NCBI GenBank assembly: GCA_010405405.1
Contig: MU004238.1
Coordinates: 73,530 to 137,529, forward strand
Source of the DNA: Microthyrium microscopicum
Taxonomy: Eukaryota
Direction of reading: 5' to 3'
DNA length: 64,000 bases
Under the pieces are notes generated by a model. The model made no database searches, was not told where the DNA came from, and was given only the letters and a program-made list of their open reading frames with translations. Shown here one piece after another: positions 59,901-64,000 of the stretch. Numbering within the stretch: the first letter of the stretch is position 1; each line of letters starts with the position of its first letter. The translations under genes and the position numbers were made by a program.

Positions 59901-60964
59901 ATGGCTACAGTATGTATACCTACATTCCGACCCCTCACCATATAGAGACGTTGGCCTCGGTCCCACAAATAGCAATCATTGCGCATTACTTTTCGAAGAT
60001 CTAACATGTCGTCACAGACTGCTGCTACAACAGGCACTGAAAAGCCTATGAACGGTGTTGAACATCGACAACATAACGGGCACCATGGAAATCCTCTGGC
60101 CCACACCGCGACAAATGATTCCTCGCTCCAATATGGTGCCTTTGGCGGTCAATTCCAGCCTGGTCTCTACCGCGGACCATCCAAGCAGTTCGCCAACCCA
60201 GCGCCACTCGGTCTCTCCGCTTTCGCGCTCACCACCTTCGTGTTATCTCTAATCAACATGCAGGCGCGTGGTGTCAATGAGCCCAATCTCGTTCTCGCTG
60301 CCGCCTTTGGATATGGTGGTCTTGTGCAACTATGCGCCGGCATGTGGTAAGTCATTACGCTCACTGTATGAACAAACGCACATGATGCTAATCAAACCAC
60401 CAGGGAAATGGCCGTTGGCAACACATTTGGTGCTACAGCACTATCCTCATACGGAGGATTCTGGATTTCCTTCGCCATCATTCTTACTCCAGGCGGCTTT
60501 GGCATCGTGACTGCGCTCGGTGGTGGCAAGTCTAGCATGTTCCTTGACTCAATGGGTTTCTTCCTCATGGGCTGGTTCATCTTCACGACCCTCCTACTCT
60601 TCTGCACAATGCGCTCCACAGTCATGTTCTTCCTCCTATTTTTCTGGTTAGACTTGGCTTTCCTACTCCTCGGAGTTGGATATCTCCAACACTCCAACGG
60701 CGCACCAAACTCTGGCTGCATCAAGGCTGGTGGTTTCTTTGGTCTCCTAGCAGCTTTCTGGGCGTGGTACAACGCGTTTGCCGGTATGGCAGACTCGACA
60801 AACAGGTATGTGTTCTTCTCGTATTCGTATTGCAAACGGTGGTTCTAATCATTTTTCTTAGCTTCTTTACTGTGCCAGTGATGCATTTCCCATGGTCAGA
60901 TAAGGGCCGCGAGAGCCGCACAAAGGTTGACAACTCTGTTCCTCGCGCTGAAGCTACCGTTTAA
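59901..60964 (+). CDS. Gpr1/Fun34/YaaH (ATO/ADY2/SatP) acetate transporter
   Basis: FANPAPLGLSAFALTT, YGGLVQLCAGMWEM, GNTFGAT..SYGGFW. Probable 9-nt exon 1 with intron 59910-60017, plus introns 60347-60402 and 60806-60861. Confidence 0.93.
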
Positions 60965-61374
60965 ACGCATTGAGATTGCGTATCCATGTCCTGGATCAGC
61001 TGGAGTTATCATTGCCCATATCGTAAAATATTGATGAGACATTCACCTAGTACCCCGTCTGCATCTTGTAATTTTGGGTCTCGTTTTCAAATACCTACCT
61101 AGTCGTTAAAGTTAAAATAACAATTAATGTCGAAGCGCTATAGCATAGCTTGCTGAAAATTCAAGACACTGTTTTAATATCTCAATATGTATATTTTCTT
61201 CACAGCGAACGCTCTTATTCTGCATATTCTTCAGCTTCTGTCAGGATAACATGACAAGAATAGCAACAACCCACGTATTATACAATTCAATGTTGTCCCT
61301 TATATCATCGATCGGCGTCTATCGTGCCTGACAATCAACGTCCCCAATGCAATGCAGTCAGCAAGCCAGGATGA

Positions 61375-63909
61375 TTACTTCTTCTGCAAGGTCGAAATCC
61401 ACCTCTCAACCTCTCTTAAATCCCTATCCGTCGCCGTCGTCCTCAACTCCAACAACGTACTCAAATCCTTTGCCTTGCCCGCCTCCTCAGCCGCCTTTCC
61501 AAGCATATTGCACTTGATCCACATATCCACGCGCTCCTTGACAGTAAGCACAGTGCACTTGGGCACAAACAGTCCCGCGAGCCGCAAATTGCCCGCCGCC
61601 AGCACTTCGTTATAAAACGGCTCCCAGCCAATTGGGCTCTTCTTCTGCTTGCTCAGCTCCTCGACTTCTGTCCAGTCGCGCTTGGCGACTAGTGCGCGAA
61701 GCTTGATCCACCAGAAGATGCGGTCGGAGACTGTGGAGGAAGAGAGCTTTGTAGCGCGTTTAAGGCCGCCTAGGCGGATGAGTTTGTAGAGTGTAGCGTT
61801 GAGTGAGAGACCAATGAAGCCGGGGCCGAAATCCTTGTCGAGGGATTCTTGCTCGCGGAGGAGTTTGGAGGTTTCGTCGAGGGCTTTGACGGTGAAAGTG
61901 TTTTCGCGAGAGTCGGCGAGGAGTTTTGAGGCCATTTTGAGCTTGTCGAGACGTTTGGGAGTTTCTTGAGTGTCAAGAGCTTCGGAGAGGAGGAGGTTGG
62001 CTGAGTCGAGGCGGCGATCGTCTTGGTAAAACATGTCTTTGAGGAGAGATTGTTCTTGCTTCCAGGCATTGGACTCTACTAGAGCGGTGGCTAGAGGACG
62101 GCTGTTGAGGATACGGAAGAAAGAAGCTAAGGGAAGCTTCTTTTTCAGACTGCTGAGTACGAACAGCACTAGGTCTGTATCTCCAGATTGTATGGCTTTA
62201 TCTAGTGCAATTATATCTTCCTTCATGTTGAGGAGTAGAGGCACTTGCTTGCCAGCTCTTGGTTCGCAATTAAGAAGATCGGTTGCCAGTCGAGTTCGAC
62301 CTTCGTCGAAGGCAGCGTGGGCGATTTCCTCAAATGAGATTCCGCGTCTCCCCTTTAATCGCTGAACGATCGTTCTGCATATCATCTCTTCTGTGTCGCT
62401 TGATGCCCGAACCTTTTGACATGCCCAATGGACATATATTCGATCTGTGGGTAGTTGGAGGTAGTCGGAAATTTTAAGAGCAAGAAGATATTCTTGCCGG
62501 TTTATTAGTCGTTGTATAAGTCGCTCAGGGGTAAGTCGTAAGTATTGGTCGAGTGATATTGGAAGGCCAATCTTGTAGAACCGCACTCCGTTCAGTACAC
62601 GGAGCGTCTCTGTCATGTCGACAAAGTCGTCGCTGCTGTAAAAATCCAGGACAGATTTACCAAAGGATGCTGCTTTCAGTAATTGTTTCTGCCAATATAT
62701 GTTGTATTCGTGGCCGGCTGCTCTAATGCAGGTATCTACAGCTTCGTCTAAGTTTTGTCGTATTATCTGGATGTTGTCGTCTGCTTTCGGTGACTTCTTC
62801 TCCAGCTGGTCAACAGCATCTAAAAGAATCGATGCTGGAGATGTCGACCCAAGACGGAATGTTTCCAGAGTTACATCTGTGTATGATTAGTCTCACAATT
62901 CACCATTCTCTTGGGATCACTTACCCGGGACCCTCTGCAGAAATTCACAAACATCATTAGTAACCAGCCGTAGCCCATCAATATCCGGCAAAACAGCTAC
63001 CCACCCATCATAATAATACTTGCTCGCTTCCCCATTCGGTCCTATCAAATGCACCTCATCCTCCCACGCCAGCGCTACAGCATCGTTCCCACACCATTGC
63101 AAGTCCTTCGGCACACTCTTCACTTTCGAGTCATACTCGCTCAGCCGATTCTGGAAATCGCTGCTCACGACCCAAACCTTGCCATCGTCCGTGTAAAGCG
63201 CCACCAGCCTTCCATTCGGGCTCACGGCTACATGTCTAAACGGGCCGGCATCCAGTCCCCTATCCTCACACTCGCTTGAGTCCACCACATATATGCTCTT
63301 CCCCACCGCCAGTAGCACCTCGACGCTGCGACTCAGGCTGTCTGCGGGTGCGATCAGTGCCCAACTGTGTACCGTCTCGTTTGGCGCACTCGCCAGCACT
63401 TTCGGCCGTGGCTCTGAATAGCTCGCCACCGATACCAACCGCCCACTGCCCAGCAGCGCAACAAACCCACCACTCCAGAAACGTGCGCTCAAAACTCCAT
63501 GCTCCTCCGCCTCGGCGCCTAGACTGAACGGGCTGAAATCGCCGCCCAGTAAACCATCATACACACGACACCCCCCATCTTCCCCAACGACTACGAGCTG
63601 CTCAGAGTCACTCCATCCAAGCGCGCACACGCGTGATCTATCCCATGGCAATCGCGTAAGCAGCGCCCCAGCGCAAGAGTATATATCGATGGTAGGTTTA
63701 GTATTCGCGGTCGCAGCAGTGCGCAAGGGAGTAAGGCGGTTTTCGGAGGTGTCGCGAACGACGGCAATGGCGCCAGCGCATGGGGCCGCGGCGATGAGGT
63801 AGTTTGCGAGCTCGAGATCTGGGTCGAAGACGGCGGTATAGAGGGGGATTTTGCGGTAGAAGCGGGAGCCGAGCTTTTCCCAGTTGGCGGTTGGTTTGGG
63901 GATATCCAT
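61375..63909 (-). CDS. VPS16: HOPS/CORVET subunit Vps16
   Basis: PTANWEKLG..FYRK, LQWCGNDAV, LRVLNGVR, EPRAGKQVPLLL, SGDTDLV, KSPIGWEPF. Intron 62877-62924. Confidence 0.96.
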
Positions 63910-64000
63910 GGTTGTTATGGAACGGCGGAGCTCTCAGGAGGGTAGGTGTATGATCGTTTGAAGCATCGTTTACGTATATAAGACGCGGATTAGGAGATGG

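Noticed and set aside
1..64000. tRNA, rRNA, CRISPR array or secondary-metabolite cluster
   Set aside because: No tRNA cloverleaf, rRNA, repeat-spacer array or PKS/NRPS gene seen by eye; tRNAscan-SE and Infernal were not run.

Overview
Intron-containing filamentous ascomycete DNA (Pezizomycotina, possibly Dothideomycete-like), judged from GT..AG introns of mostly ~45-60 nt with CTRAC branch sites. About 21 protein-coding genes can be supported. Housekeeping genes: BNA6, NOP56/CCT6 (divergent pair), DUG3, MGM1, DSN1/Mis13, VPS16, an ATO/Gpr1-family acetate transporter and a cytochrome b5-acyl-CoA dehydrogenase. Regulators: a homeobox TF and a bZIP-DUF3425 TF. Glyco-enzymes: GH92 and a CAP59/GT69-like protein. 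There is also an ~11-kb block of cell-surface genes. Mobile DNA: a full-length, RIP-inactivated hAT transposon with an 8-bp TSD just upstream of the homeobox gene, a perfect-TIR MITE, and a second MITE-like insertion inside an NmrA pseudogene. Best leads: a TATA-driven 58-aa orphan peptide gene with HMG-box-like promoter sites, a 201-nt stop-free in-frame intron directly after the Aurora-B motif of DSN1, a long structured intron in BNA6, and two divergent GPI-like paralogs sharing an intron position. All calls come from reading the sequence by eye; no searches were run.
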